Shown: positions 36,618 through 47,119 of the stretch, piece after piece
How the letters are laid out: the number at the start of each line of letters is the position of its first letter
How positions within the stretch are numbered: position 1 is the first letter of the stretch
IMG/VR virus record: IMGVR_UViG_3300044729_003839
Span: 1 to 64,000 of that record
DNA length: 64,000 nucleotides
Direction: 5' to 3' (one strand)
Source of the DNA: a virus
Notes under the pieces: generated by a model
The model's database searches: none
Seen by the model: only the letters and a program-made list of their open reading frames with translations
What the model was told of the DNA's origin: nothing
Translations under genes and position numbers: made by a program

Positions 36618-37610
36618 ATGGTCCCTAATTATAATAATCCAGGCCAGATTAACGACGAAGCGCTGAATATTGCTGGCGGGAGGACGTTCCAGGTCATTCA
36701 GCTCGCTGACAGCGAGGGAAATGTAGTTGATCCGTTGACGGGAGATGGGATTACTGTAGAAGTCGGATCGGCAGTAGAAATTAGTAATGAGTCTGACAAC
36801 CCGGTCCCTGTTCAACTCCCGTACCTAGTAAGTGTTAACAATAGTAAGACGTCGGGAGGTCTCTCCCCTAACCAGAATTGGAACGCTAGTGGAGCCGGAG
36901 ACGAAATCCTTGAATATGGCACGGTAACGGTGTGTGTATTCTCGGACCGGGATTCTGCCACTGGCGGGCTTGTGTTCGAAGCGTCGTTAGACGGCACTAA
37001 TTGGCAGGTCATGGAGTCCTACAGCTACAAAGCGGCTGAAGGACTGGAAAGCTTTTCCATGGCCCCTAGTGGGCGTTATTTCCGCGTTCGGTTTGTCAAC
37101 GGTGCTGTCGCCTCTACTTTCACGAGAGTACAGACACTCTATCGACAGGGATATACCAAGTCCTCTAGCCATCGCATTGGCGATGTAATCAGCGCGGAGA
37201 AAGATGCGGAACTGGTGAAGGCGGTCCTGGCCGCAATGAAACCGAATGGTGATTTTACCGATATTCATTGCACGGCAGGCGGAAATCTTAAAGTCTCGGT
37301 CGAAGAAACAGAAGGTCCGATCGAGACTTCCGTACCCGTTCGCACTCCCACCACGACAAGTGTGGCCAGCAGCGCCAGCAGCGTAACGATCCTTGCGGCA
37401 AACGCCAACCGCAAAGGATTCTCGATCAGCAATATCAGCACCAGAAAGCTGTATTTGAGCTTTACCAATCCGGCAACAACAGCAAACTGCTTTATTGAAG
37501 TACCTGCCGGGGCCTTCTTGCTGCTCGATCAGCAGTGCATTGTTCCGAATGCTATCTACGGCATCTGGGCCAGTGCTAATGGTGCTGCTCAAGTCACGGA
37601 GTACGTCTGA
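36618..37610 (+). CDS. Putative virion/tail protein (mosaic)
   Basis: Beta-rich; C-terminal ILAANANRKGFSI...IYGIW domain. Confidence 0.7.
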   Translation: MVPNYNNPGQINDEALNIAGGRTFQVIQLADSEGNVVDPLTGDGITVEVGSAVEISNESDNPVPVQLPYLVSVNNSKTSGGLSPNQNWNASGAGDEILEYGTVTVCVFSDRDSATGGLVFEASLDGTNWQVMESYSYKAAEGLESFSMAPSGRYFRVRFVNGAVASTFTRVQTLYRQGYTKSSSHRIGDVISAEKDAELVKAVLAAMKPNGDFTDIHCTAGGNLKVSVEETEGPIETSVPVRTPTTTSVASSASSVTILAANANRKGFSISNISTRKLYLSFTNPATTANCFIEVPAGAFLLLDQQCIVPNAIYGIWASANGAAQVTEYV

Positions 37611-37867
37611 TGGCTATTTTTCTGACTCCCGGCGACTTCGCCCCTGCCGCGCAGGGTGTGACCAACGGCAACAGTCACGACCACAACGGCGGCGATGGGG
37701 CGCAGATCGCCTACAGCAGCCTGTCGGGATTGCCCCCCGTTGTGCTATCCGACCCGACCGGCATCACCGGAGCCGACGCCGTGACCAACATCATCAGCCT
37801 CACGCAGGCTGAATACGACGCCATCGCAACGCCTAGCGCTACCACTCTTTACGTGATCACAAGCTGA
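37610..37867 (+). CDS. Small tail-fibre-associated protein
   Basis: SHDHNGGDG; LTQAEYDAIATPSATTLYVI. Confidence 0.7.
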   Translation: MAIFLTPGDFAPAAQGVTNGNSHDHNGGDGAQIAYSSLSGLPPVVLSDPTGITGADAVTNIISLTQAEYDAIATPSATTLYVITS

Positions 37868-39660
37868 TGCCAACTACAACGGGAAAAATCTATTTAGGCA
37901 GCACGCTGGTTGCTGGCGGTGATGGTGGTGCTGTTACTGCTGAGTGGGTGCGCAATCCAGCGTGGCCGGCGCTGACGGAGCCTGGTGCAGCAGAGCAAAG
38001 GATTGTAGGGCTACATGCGGTGTGGCCTGGTGATGGCACCGGCCCTGGCGGCAACTTCGTTGCGTTCCTTGCGCAGGGCGCCTATACGATTGATTATGGC
38101 GATGGTACGGTGACAAATTATGCGAGCAATACCCGCGCAGATTATCAGTTTGACTTCAACGACCCGCAGCTTGCTGGCACTGATGCGCCAGTAACGTTCG
38201 CCGTTGCTACAAATGTCGTCAATCGCACTGCGCACGGCCTGAGCAATGGTGCTGGCATTAGGTTCTACAACCTGGTGAATACAACCGGCATCGTTGCCGG
38301 TCGGCTGTACTACGTCATCAACGCAGCGGCCAACAGTTTTCAGATTGCCGAAACTATTGGCGGTAGCGCTGTTGATCTAACCGGCACGGATGGCTCAGCC
38401 ACGCTGCTGCCGTACAAAGTGGCCGTGGTGACGATCACACCGCAGGCAGGGCAAAACATGACGTTGGTGAACTTTTTTCAGAAGCACGGTCAAACAGGGC
38501 TGGTAAATAACTATCCGACCGGCTGGCTAGATCTAGTAATGGCCATTCCGCAAGTCAGCGGCGCCAACTTAACGATTGGTGGTACAACGACTGTTGTTCA
38601 TGCGTTAATTGAGCGCATCAACATTGTGGCGGTTGGTGCGTTGACTTCGATGGCTGAGCTCTTTAATGGTTGCCGCAGTTTGCAATCGTTGCCGAGTTTG
38701 CCTAGTGCAACGGCGGTAACAAATATGGGCAGCATGTTTCAGAACTGCTTCAGCCTGCAAACGATACCGCCATTCCCTGGAAGCGTTGCAGCAGTAACGA
38801 CCATGAGCAGCATGTTTCAGAGCTGCTCCAGCCTGCAAACGATACCGCCATTCCCAGGAAGCGTTGCAGCAGTAACGAACATGATTAGCATGTTCTTTGG
38901 CTGCTCCAGCCTGCAAACAATACCGCCATTCCCGGGCAGCGTTGCAGCAGTAACGAACATGACCAACATGTTCTTTGGCTGCTCCAGCCTGCAAACGATA
39001 CCGCCATTCCCAGGAAGCGTTGCAGCAGTAACGACCATGAGCAGCATGTTTCAGGGCTGCACCAGCCTGCAAACGATACCGCCATTCCCGGGCAGCGTTG
39101 CAGCAGTAACGATCATGAACAACATGTTCCTTGGCTGCTCCAGCCTGCAAACGATACCGCCATTCCCAGAAAGCGTTGCAGCAGTAACGAACATGAGCTT
39201 CATGTTCCAAAGCTGCTCCAGCCTGCAAACAATACCGCCATTCCCGGGCAGCGTTGCAGCAGTAACGACCATGAGCAGCATGTTCTTTGGCTGCTCCAGC
39301 CTGCAAACGATACCGCCATTCCCTGACAGCGTTGCAGCAGTAACGAACATGAGCGGCATGTTTCAGAACTGCTCCAGCCTGCAAACGATACCGCCGATGG
39401 ACACATCAGGCGTATCGTCATCGGCTAATTTCGCCAACATCTACATCGCTGGCGGGCTCGCCCGTATTCAAGCCACCGGGCAGCGATTTACATTCTCCGT
39501 CGCCAACCAACGCTTATCCGCTGTCGCACTCAACGAGATCTTTGCCGGGCTGCCTACTGTCACCGGCCAGATTATTACGGTCACGGGAAACTACGGCATC
39601 AATGAGGCTGGCTACAACCCAACCATTGCCACGGCCAAAGGATGGACGGTGACGGCATGA
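37867..39660 (+). CDS. Putative receptor-binding protein with BspA/DUF285-like LRR repeats
   Basis: About nine 26-aa units SLQTIPPFPGSVAAVTxMxxMFxxCx; ends IATAKGWTVT. Confidence 0.8.
   Translation: MPTTTGKIYLGSTLVAGGDGGAVTAEWVRNPAWPALTEPGAAEQRIVGLHAVWPGDGTGPGGNFVAFLAQGAYTIDYGDGTVTNYASNTRADYQFDFNDPQLAGTDAPVTFAVATNVVNRTAHGLSNGAGIRFYNLVNTTGIVAGRLYYVINAAANSFQIAETIGGSAVDLTGTDGSATLLPYKVAVVTITPQAGQNMTLVNFFQKHGQTGLVNNYPTGWLDLVMAIPQVSGANLTIGGTTTVVHALIERINIVAVGALTSMAELFNGCRSLQSLPSLPSATAVTNMGSMFQNCFSLQTIPPFPGSVAAVTTMSSMFQSCSSLQTIPPFPGSVAAVTNMISMFFGCSSLQTIPPFPGSVAAVTNMTNMFFGCSSLQTIPPFPGSVAAVTTMSSMFQGCTSLQTIPPFPGSVAAVTIMNNMFLGCSSLQTIPPFPESVAAVTNMSFMFQSCSSLQTIPPFPGSVAAVTTMSSMFFGCSSLQTIPPFPDSVAAVTNMSGMFQNCSSLQTIPPMDTSGVSSSANFANIYIAGGLARIQATGQRFTFSVANQRLSAVALNEIFAGLPTVTGQIITVTGNYGINEAGYNPTIATAKGWTVTA
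38714..39396 (+). repeat. 78-bp coding tandem repeat
   Basis: AGCCTGCAAAC every 78 nt from 38752 to 39376. Confidence 0.95.
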
Positions 39661-40121
39661 CCATAAATCCTGGCTTTTACAAGTTCGACCGCGAGCTGCT
39701 CAGCTACGCGGCGACCAGCGTGTATGCACCCAACTACACCCTGCTGGCCGAGAATCACGTAACAATTGCATTTCCTGTCAACGGCTGGTCTTGGTTCAAC
39801 AGCCAATCAGAGGCCGAATCGTATTTCGGTATCAATGGCGCCACCGCTGGCAAGTGGCTGGAGTTTGGCGCTGCGCTTGCTGCTGATCCAGCGATTAACC
39901 AGTTCGTCGCCGCCATCGCTCAGGCTGCCCCCGTGCTGCACCTGATGATCGGAGTGGGCCTCGGTCAAGCCGCACAAGGTGACGTGCGCACATTTCTAGA
40001 GGCGTGGGGGCTGGGCCTGGCCGCCGAGATGATCCCCTCCGACCTGCAGCAACACTTGATCAGCATGTCCAGCGGCTACGACCTGCCGCAGCGATTCATT
40101 GACGGCCTGAGTGCCCCGTAG
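39657..40121 (+). CDS. Hypothetical tail-fibre-associated protein
   Basis: ATGA-coupled; FPVNGWSWF. Confidence 0.65.
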   Translation: MTINPGFYKFDRELLSYAATSVYAPNYTLLAENHVTIAFPVNGWSWFNSQSEAESYFGINGATAGKWLEFGAALAADPAINQFVAAIAQAAPVLHLMIGVGLGQAAQGDVRTFLEAWGLGLAAEMIPSDLQQHLISMSSGYDLPQRFIDGLSAP

Positions 40122-40294
40122 TGTCCCGGCCTCGATGACCACCCTCCTACTCCTACTCACCACACTGATCAACACGTTCGGAGCTGCTATCCCATGACCT
40201 GTGATGTCGCAATGATCGCCGCGATGATGGCCCCAGCCAGCGTTGCCGTTGCGGTGCTACTGGTGGCGCTGCTGCGAATTGGATGGGTCGAGTG

Positions 40295-40438
40295 ATGCCC
40301 TACCTGATCCGCTTCACCACTGCCGTTGCACTGGTGGCCGGCCTGCTGATCTGGCTGCTGAGTGCCGTGCCTTTACCGGTGGCGCTGGTCGTCGCGGTCG
40401 TCTGCGCTTGGCTGGTGTTTGACCTGGTGCAGCCGTAA
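40295..40438 (+). CDS. 47-aa two-helix membrane peptide (not in ORF track)
   Basis: MPYLIRFTTAVALVAGLLIWLLSAVPLPVALVVAVVCAWLVFDLVQP. Confidence 0.45.
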   Translation: MPYLIRFTTAVALVAGLLIWLLSAVPLPVALVVAVVCAWLVFDLVQP

Positions 40439-40553
40439 GCCGTAGGTCAGCTCTCAACCCCAACCGATCCTCCTCTGGGGGGGGCAAACCGATGACCCGA
40501 GGTTACGAGGCGTTGAAAGCCAATTAGCACCAGCCCACCACCTAAAATGTCAA

Positions 40554-40847
40554 ATGGCGGAAACTCGTTCTCAAAGTCGCAAATCGCAGCCTGGCGAGAG
40601 TGGGCCAGAAGAAATGCAAGCGCGGGAAACTCCCCCCTTAGAGAAGTCTCACCCCCTCAACAAAGTGCCGGATTTCAAATCCGAGCCGGAGGCTGCTCCT
40701 CCTGCAAAAGACTCAGATAAACCGGCATTTAAGTCCGGCGTGATCTTTCTAACCGAGAAAGATAGAAAACTCGCCTTGTCCATGACAAGGCAGATCTACT
40801 CTCGACTAGGCCTTAATTCAAAGGCCCGTTCTTACCGTGTCAATTAA
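40554..40847 (+). CDS. Hypothetical late protein
   Basis: GTTGAAAGC at 40512. Confidence 0.6.
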   Translation: MAETRSQSRKSQPGESGPEEMQARETPPLEKSHPLNKVPDFKSEPEAAPPAKDSDKPAFKSGVIFLTEKDRKLALSMTRQIYSRLGLNSKARSYRVN

Positions 40848-41202
40848 CACGCCCGAAGAAAAACAAATACTCGCCCAGTCCTTGAACAAGACTGGCGACA
40901 AGGAAGGTGTGCTTGAATCGTTGAGGTATATTGCCGATAATCGCACACCTTTCGCGCTTTACGTTGCCACTAAAGACCGCTCGAATGTGATGTGGGTTTT
41001 TGACCCCGACAGCGTGTACGAAATGCTGGGGGGTGAGGATATTCATGACAAAACGTTCAGAACGCTGTTCCCTGAGCAACAAGAAAGGCAAGAAGGAATA
41101 TTGTTTTACGTATTTACCAAAACACAACCCGTCGTAGTCATTAGACTCGGGCTGGAAACAATATGCTGGCTAATAGACACTTTAGAGGCGGATATGCCGT
41201 AG
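40837..41202 (+). CDS. Hypothetical protein
   Basis: 121-aa ORF. Confidence 0.65.
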   Translation: MSINTPEEKQILAQSLNKTGDKEGVLESLRYIADNRTPFALYVATKDRSNVMWVFDPDSVYEMLGGEDIHDKTFRTLFPEQQERQEGILFYVFTKTQPVVVIRLGLETICWLIDTLEADMP

Positions 41203-42051
41203 CTTGACGTTAACCTTGTTCCTGCTACCCGACTGATTCACCACCCGAACCCTGAGAATGCCGTTTTCCGAATATCCCACCACCAGTGGTAAATAATCGA
41301 CTTGAAAGTTTTGAGCAGTTGTGACCGCATCGGCAATCACACCAGGTCCAGAACCCGCCCCCTCTCTATTATCTCTGGCCCTGGCCGCCCTATCTGTATA
41401 AACAGTAATCCAAGCTGGGACACTCGTCTCGATTGATAAAAGACCAAAATACCTGGCCGAGTTAAGATCGAGTTCGAACGAGTCTTGATCATTTATCGGC
41501 CCTGTACTTTGCTCGAGAATTACAACTCTGTCCTGATCCGGCTCGGGTGCCGCTCCCTGCTCAAGTTGCGAAATCTGGTTTGTTAGGATTTCAACACTTT
41601 GCTCGACACTTGAGATTCTCAAGCCCAAAGATGTGTTGACTATTTCAACTTCTCCCGAAACACCAACACTCAGCCTTTCAAACTCACTTTCCAGCGTCTC
41701 AAAGGCGGATTCCAGATTCTGAGCAGATTCTGCTACCGACTCGCTCAATGCCGCTTGAGACGAGGCGATTGCCGTTGCGAATATCTTAAGTTCGCGTATT
41801 TTGGCATAAGTCCTATCCGCACTTCTTACATTTAAGATACCCGTCTCGGTCATAGGATCGACACACTCGGCCAGACCCGACCCAAGTCTGATTCCAGACT
41901 TTACCCCTCTACCATCTTCAACAAACAAACTCCCTGTCTCAGGGAAACCGTCCTGCGCTAGTACCTCGCCCGTACTAGAAAGTTCCTGCCTCGCGATATT
42001 AAGCAAGCCCCCGGCATAATCCTCAATGAACCTGGTGCGTAAATCCGCCAC
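41182..42051 (-). CDS. Putative tail fibre-associated protein
   Basis: Coiled coil plus C-terminal WITVYTDRAARARD domain shared with 50473; late motif at 42078. Confidence 0.7.
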   Translation of the reverse strand: MADLRTRFIEDYAGGLLNIARQELSSTGEVLAQDGFPETGSLFVEDGRGVKSGIRLGSGLAECVDPMTETGILNVRSADRTYAKIRELKIFATAIASSQAALSESVAESAQNLESAFETLESEFERLSVGVSGEVEIVNTSLGLRISSVEQSVEILTNQISQLEQGAAPEPDQDRVVILEQSTGPINDQDSFELDLNSARYFGLLSIETSVPAWITVYTDRAARARDNREGAGSGPGVIADAVTTAQNFQVDYLPLVVGYSENGILRVRVVNQSGSRNKVNVKLRHIRL

Positions 42052-42821
42052 TATTTGAATTCCGATATCTCTATTCGGCTTTCAACGAATCGAGCGTACA
42101 GTTGGGGTGGTACTATTTCGGCGGGAGGATTATTACTCCACTTAACTACCCAGTTATTAGTGACGAGCATTCTTATTTTGCTGGCAATACGCCTATTCGA
42201 CCAGTCGATCATATTTCCGCGCAAATCGAGCAGTGTGTTATGTGGCGAACGAAACGCCCCCGCACCCCTGCTATTCGAACTCGCTGTTATTACCGGAGTA
42301 AAATCTCTTAACAACTGTTCCATCGCACTCGATGTCATATTGCAATCTTTAGCATTTAAAGTTTGAATGTTTTTGTTCACCCCTAGAGACACATTCTCCA
42401 GCGCTTGGCATTGCGAAACATCTAAAGTTTCAAGATTAAAGCATTCGTGCAAATGCAACACTTTTAAGCCTTTATTGCCCCTGAGATCCAAGATCTCAAG
42501 TGATGGGCGGGGGGTATTAATATTAACATACACCAGGTCATTCTGGCTTAAAACCAGTTCTTGAATCTCTGGATCTACAATTTTCCCGCTATTGCTATCA
42601 ATCCAATGATCATCCCATGTCAACAAAGACTGGTTTGTGATTTTTAACCTTTCAATGCCCGACGATTTCGAATCAATACCTATCTCAATTGAATCCTTAA
42701 GCTGACGCTTAATCTCTGCGTTTACAATTTCTTGTCCTCTGACATAATTAAACTCTTTGCCTTTACCGAATTCGAGAAGTTTGGCATTTCCGTCGCCAAG
42801 TTTACAATACCCTAAGATCAT
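42051..42821 (-). CDS. Leucine-rich repeat protein
   Basis: LEILDLRGNKGLKVLHLHECFNLETLDVSQC. Confidence 0.75.
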   Translation of the reverse strand: MILGYCKLGDGNAKLLEFGKGKEFNYVRGQEIVNAEIKRQLKDSIEIGIDSKSSGIERLKITNQSLLTWDDHWIDSNSGKIVDPEIQELVLSQNDLVYVNINTPRPSLEILDLRGNKGLKVLHLHECFNLETLDVSQCQALENVSLGVNKNIQTLNAKDCNMTSSAMEQLLRDFTPVITASSNSRGAGAFRSPHNTLLDLRGNMIDWSNRRIASKIRMLVTNNWVVKWSNNPPAEIVPPQLYARFVESRIEISEFK

Positions 42822-45800
42822 GGTGCCAATCTCCCGCCAAACAATGATCTCGGGCAGAACTCAAAGAAATATTTACCCCGATACGGGGGACTAAACCTTT
42901 TACACTTAAGCATAGAGATGCAGGCGCTGTATTCAAACGGATCTTTGATAGACGAGCAAAGCATCTCGTTGTCTTTGAAAACAGGGGACCGGGAAAGCTC
43001 CGTAATACCTTGTAAAGAGTAGTAGTAATTTGTATCACTTTTTACTATGTTGTCTGGGACAATTTCAACAGTTAACCCACGGCCCAACGGTCTGTCTATC
43101 AAAATACCGGGAATGGGCGATTCGGTACCGTATCCGGTTTCAGGATAAAAAGATTTGTTATAGCCGCTTCCTTCACACTTGTCAACACCAAGCTGGTCGC
43201 AATCCGCACCTCCGAACCTTTTACAAGACTCTACAGGGTCAAATTTACTTCTTGCTCGTAAAATCGTATTACCTTTTTCATAGACTTGCACTTGTAAAGA
43301 TTTATCTTTGCCAGGAAGACTCGTATCCTGTTCAAAGGCTTGACCGGGATTCAAATCCTGCTCGAAAATAACTCCTTGTGAAAGGATGTTTGACAACGAA
43401 AGCCTTATATACGAGCCGGAATCTACACCTAATGCTGGTTGTTGCGATCCTGCACCCGGACTGCTAACCACCAGTACCGACGCCTCTTCAGGAGTCAAAG
43501 AGTTATCTATTCTGACACCGTTAGGGAGGCGAGAGTTTCCTGTACCAGGTGGCTCGGCAAGAGCGAATTGAGACCCATCCCCACCTGACACAACATCAAC
43601 AACCGCCTCGAACACCTTGCCTTGTACTTGTACCAGCGGATCAGAGAAGTCTGCTTGAAAATTTTCTCTATTTTCTAGGACTAAAGATCCCAGTTCGAGA
43701 TTATCAGAAAGAGTCTCCAGGTTCGACACCAGTTCAAGCAGTTTTTCATACCTTTCTGCCGGTTCGTTCATTAACTGGTAAGAATTCCGATAATCGGACA
43801 ACGAGTACAAAAGTCCGAAGATGTTGCAGTACCTGAGAATGGATGTGAGCCGACCCCCTCTCACCCCGTCAAGCATAACCCCTAGGGGCGAGGTCGCACT
43901 AGGATTATTAAGAATGTCGTACAACTCTGTTGGCGTAATTCCCTCTCTCTCCTTGTACATACCTCTAACGCTTGGGCCGGAATTACCCGCCGATTGCTCA
44001 ATAAGAGAGTTCCATGTCGGTTTCTGATTCTCATATCCAGAGTTATCGCTTACAACCATCTGCGCCACCATTCCAGACAGCAAAGAAACCTTTTCTTTTG
44101 GAAGGATTACATTGCTCTGGCCTTGTTCTATAAGTTTTGATACAGATTCGAGAAGGCTAAGCTGATTGTCTTTAAGAAACTCGTTGAATATCTGGAGCTG
44201 TTCAGGGTCTACAGCATAAGTCAAACTTATCAAATACCCTATAAGTTTGGGATATTTACTTCCAGCGATTACCGATCTTTGCGTGCGGTTTACATCTAAA
44301 AATCCCAACAACCGGATTAAAGATTGCTGCTCATCTTTGCCGTACAAAAAGTTAATATACTCGTCAATGGCATTTTGCCCGCCAAATTCATACACTAACT
44401 TAGTAAGGTCGAATGCCCGGAAAAATGAAATAACATCGTTCGAATCGGTCAACGGTGCTAGAGAATTTAACAGCTCGGAGAAGTTGTTCGCCGACATTAT
44501 TTTATCGATTTCCACTTCTGTAAAACCCAGCGATTTGATCCTATCTCTTATCAAAGATTTTCTCGGCTCGTGGTAATTTAATTCGAGCGAGGGAACATAT
44601 CCCCCCGGTTTGAATCCGGTCGTTTTAAAGCTATCGATCAAAGAATCGACTTCTTGCTTTATACGTTTAAACGCGTCGGTAACAGGGTAGTCGGGGATGT
44701 TTCCCGGGCCGAGTAAAGTTGAAAGGCTGATGTGTCCGGACAGCAGGGTATATATTCCCCCAGTAATCCCCCTATCCGACTTGTACAAAGCGGGGGAAGA
44801 TGGAAATACCCTGGACAATATATCCATTTGCAAAGAACTTTTATCGTAGATCGAATTGCCGACCTTAAGACAAGATATGTAAATAGATTCGAGGGTAAGT
44901 TTTACAAAATCGACTTCATTTTCGTTTATAACCCCGGCAACATATCGATCTTTGACTCCATCTTTGAACTTGTCTACCAAAGGATTTGTACTGTTACCAT
45001 CTTTGAACCTGAACATCGGCTCTAAGAACTTAAGCCCCGGTATCTCGTTATTTTGCAAAGTTCGCTGTTCGAAGACTTTTTCAAAGTCCCCAAATTCCTC
45101 GTTCAGAAATTCCGTCTTTCTCCCATACGAGACAGCCATCACGTATCCGTAGTACCGGGACTGGTAATCGACAGCCCCGGAAAACGACCCCTGATACCCT
45201 CCAAATTCACTACCAATATTAAACAAGTTAACAACATCTTGATATATTTTCTTGCCACCTCCGAAAAAAGTAGCTGTCAACAAGTCGGTATCAATGTCGC
45301 CGGGTAGCTCGTAATCTAAAACGTCTGAATCGGAAGTAATATTATTAATCTCAAATACCGCACGGGTTATCGCATCCGTCTTATCTTTTAATCTGGAGCT
45401 GAAAACGGTGGAAAACTTATCTTTAAGGCGGGAATTCTCAAAGCTTTCGCGAACGGGGAAAAACTTTTTATTCCTCGGCCTTGTTATCAGGCCGGAAACT
45501 CGATATTGCTCTAGTCCATTCAAATACTCTACTATTCCCGTCCTAAAAAGCGATTTATAGTCTTCAACCGCCTCTAGTACAAGTTTTTCATAAGTCCTGT
45601 ATTCCCTGACAAGGCTTGTCTCTTTAACTATTTCATCAAAAACATAACTTATTATGGAGGAAATTTTATCCCTATCAAAGTCTAACGCGTACAACGACCT
45701 TACAATCTCACCTTTTAAAAGTTTCGCGTTGGGGATTTTCCCAGAGTCAATTAAATCGCTTACGTCAAGAACAATTTCTACGCAAATATCAAAGAACTTA

Positions 45801-45889
45801 TCTCTATTAATGTTCGGGCTGAAGTAGCCGTACCGGTCAAAGGCACGGGAAACAATAGCATCAACCTTCTCTCTGACTGTAATCGTCAA
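42818..45889 (-). CDS. Large hypothetical late protein (1023 aa)
   Basis: Long ORF; late motif at 45911; Cys-rich C-terminus. Confidence 0.75.
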   Translation of the reverse strand: MTITVREKVDAIVSRAFDRYGYFSPNINRDKFFDICVEIVLDVSDLIDSGKIPNAKLLKGEIVRSLYALDFDRDKISSIISYVFDEIVKETSLVREYRTYEKLVLEAVEDYKSLFRTGIVEYLNGLEQYRVSGLITRPRNKKFFPVRESFENSRLKDKFSTVFSSRLKDKTDAITRAVFEINNITSDSDVLDYELPGDIDTDLLTATFFGGGKKIYQDVVNLFNIGSEFGGYQGSFSGAVDYQSRYYGYVMAVSYGRKTEFLNEEFGDFEKVFEQRTLQNNEIPGLKFLEPMFRFKDGNSTNPLVDKFKDGVKDRYVAGVINENEVDFVKLTLESIYISCLKVGNSIYDKSSLQMDILSRVFPSSPALYKSDRGITGGIYTLLSGHISLSTLLGPGNIPDYPVTDAFKRIKQEVDSLIDSFKTTGFKPGGYVPSLELNYHEPRKSLIRDRIKSLGFTEVEIDKIMSANNFSELLNSLAPLTDSNDVISFFRAFDLTKLVYEFGGQNAIDEYINFLYGKDEQQSLIRLLGFLDVNRTQRSVIAGSKYPKLIGYLISLTYAVDPEQLQIFNEFLKDNQLSLLESVSKLIEQGQSNVILPKEKVSLLSGMVAQMVVSDNSGYENQKPTWNSLIEQSAGNSGPSVRGMYKEREGITPTELYDILNNPSATSPLGVMLDGVRGGRLTSILRYCNIFGLLYSLSDYRNSYQLMNEPAERYEKLLELVSNLETLSDNLELGSLVLENRENFQADFSDPLVQVQGKVFEAVVDVVSGGDGSQFALAEPPGTGNSRLPNGVRIDNSLTPEEASVLVVSSPGAGSQQPALGVDSGSYIRLSLSNILSQGVIFEQDLNPGQAFEQDTSLPGKDKSLQVQVYEKGNTILRARSKFDPVESCKRFGGADCDQLGVDKCEGSGYNKSFYPETGYGTESPIPGILIDRPLGRGLTVEIVPDNIVKSDTNYYYSLQGITELSRSPVFKDNEMLCSSIKDPFEYSACISMLKCKRFSPPYRGKYFFEFCPRSLFGGRLAP

Positions 45890-45910
45890 GACTCTACGCT
45901 CTTCTCCCGA

Positions 45911-45936
45911 GCTTTCAACGAAAAACCGTTGAAAGT
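45911..45936. promoter_or_regulatory. Back-to-back pair of the putative late promoter motif GTTGAAAG(C/T)
   Basis: GCTTTCAAC-GAAAAACC-GTTGAAAGT between divergent genes 45889(-) and 45961(+); representative of about 17 sites. Confidence 0.7.
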
Positions 45937-45960
45937 CCTTAGTGAGATTATATTAATCCT

Positions 45961-46458
45961 ATGACATACAAAGTCTCCTTGCTGTTTACGGAAAAAACTC
46001 GCCTAGAGCCCAGCCTTGGTAAAATGATTCAACACCTCGAAGGTGTTTTGAAAGAGATTGAAGGTGTTGACGTGAAAACTTGCACTTTGACAAGTGGGTT
46101 CAAAGCGCTGCCGCAGGCCGACTACACCATCTTCTGCGGGTACGATCACGTCACCCTGGCCTACCTCCACCTCGCCCTGGACAAAGCCCTCAAGCTAGCG
46201 GTTTACGACGAGCCTGGCAAAGCGTTGCAGACCGAGCTGGGTGCCCTTATGTACCGTGGGGTCGACTCGGGCCGGATCCCCCCGGGCTCCCTGAGCGCGG
46301 TAGAATATTGCTGGTCGTACAAGGACATTGTCGGCATTGTAAAACAAAACCTCCGTGGATCTGGAGATCATCCGAGAACTAATCGCACACGACAAGTGGA
46401 AGACGCTGGAGACCCACCGTCACCAGAAGGAAATGCTGCTCCTGAGCAGGAGTCTTAA
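45961..46458 (+). CDS. Hypothetical protein
   Basis: Motif variant GTTGAAAGT at 45928; 3' end overlaps next gene by 104 nt. Confidence 0.65.
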   Translation: MTYKVSLLFTEKTRLEPSLGKMIQHLEGVLKEIEGVDVKTCTLTSGFKALPQADYTIFCGYDHVTLAYLHLALDKALKLAVYDEPGKALQTELGALMYRGVDSGRIPPGSLSAVEYCWSYKDIVGIVKQNLRGSGDHPRTNRTRQVEDAGDPPSPEGNAAPEQES

Positions 46459-47119
46459 GCAGGAGGAGTCCGGGGTCTCCGACTTCAATTCAGAAACCTC
46501 GCACGGACAATGCCAACCCAAGGAACAAGGACTTATCGCCTTAAGCAGCGTCCGCAAAGGCGCCAAAGAATACACTTCAACCTTACCCGGGATTGAAATC
46601 CCGGACTTGTACTCCGACCTTATATCAATATCCTGGTGTGGTAAACGGCTTGAGCGTTGGCCGGAAGCCAAAGATGCCAAAGTATCTTTGACCGCTGTTA
46701 ACAGGATATTTGCAGATTTGATCGACGAGCACGGCCCGGGCAAAGTCCTTGACGCGATTTCTCTGATCCCCGACTTCGATTCCCGAATCGTACAAGATAA
46801 AATAAACTCCTTGACGGTTACAGAATCCAAACGGATTATCCACTCACCCTTGTTTACAGAATTTGCAAAACACTACCCGTATATCGAACTCGACCTTCTC
46901 GAAGAAGCTTATGGCAACTGCAACGAAAACTTTGTTGAGGCTGGTGTAAAGCTTTTGAGGAAGAATTTTCCTGATAACCCCCCCAGCGAGTTTTCCAGTC
47001 ACGCTAATTGGAAACAAAGCTGCCACCAACACTTACCGGAGTACCTGAAACAATGGCAAAAAGATCTAAGAAGCATTCAGACGAGAATGAGAGTCGCGCA
47101 AAAGGCGTGGACGGCATAA
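46355..47119 (+). CDS. Hypothetical protein
   Basis: 254-aa ORF. Confidence 0.65.
   Translation: MDLEIIRELIAHDKWKTLETHRHQKEMLLLSRSLKQEESGVSDFNSETSHGQCQPKEQGLIALSSVRKGAKEYTSTLPGIEIPDLYSDLISISWCGKRLERWPEAKDAKVSLTAVNRIFADLIDEHGPGKVLDAISLIPDFDSRIVQDKINSLTVTESKRIIHSPLFTEFAKHYPYIELDLLEEAYGNCNENFVEAGVKLLRKNFPDNPPSEFSSHANWKQSCHQHLPEYLKQWQKDLRSIQTRMRVAQKAWTA

Noticed and set aside
38714-39396. Regular repeats as a possible CRISPR array
   Set aside because: The 78-bp period is in frame within a CDS and there are no unique spacers.
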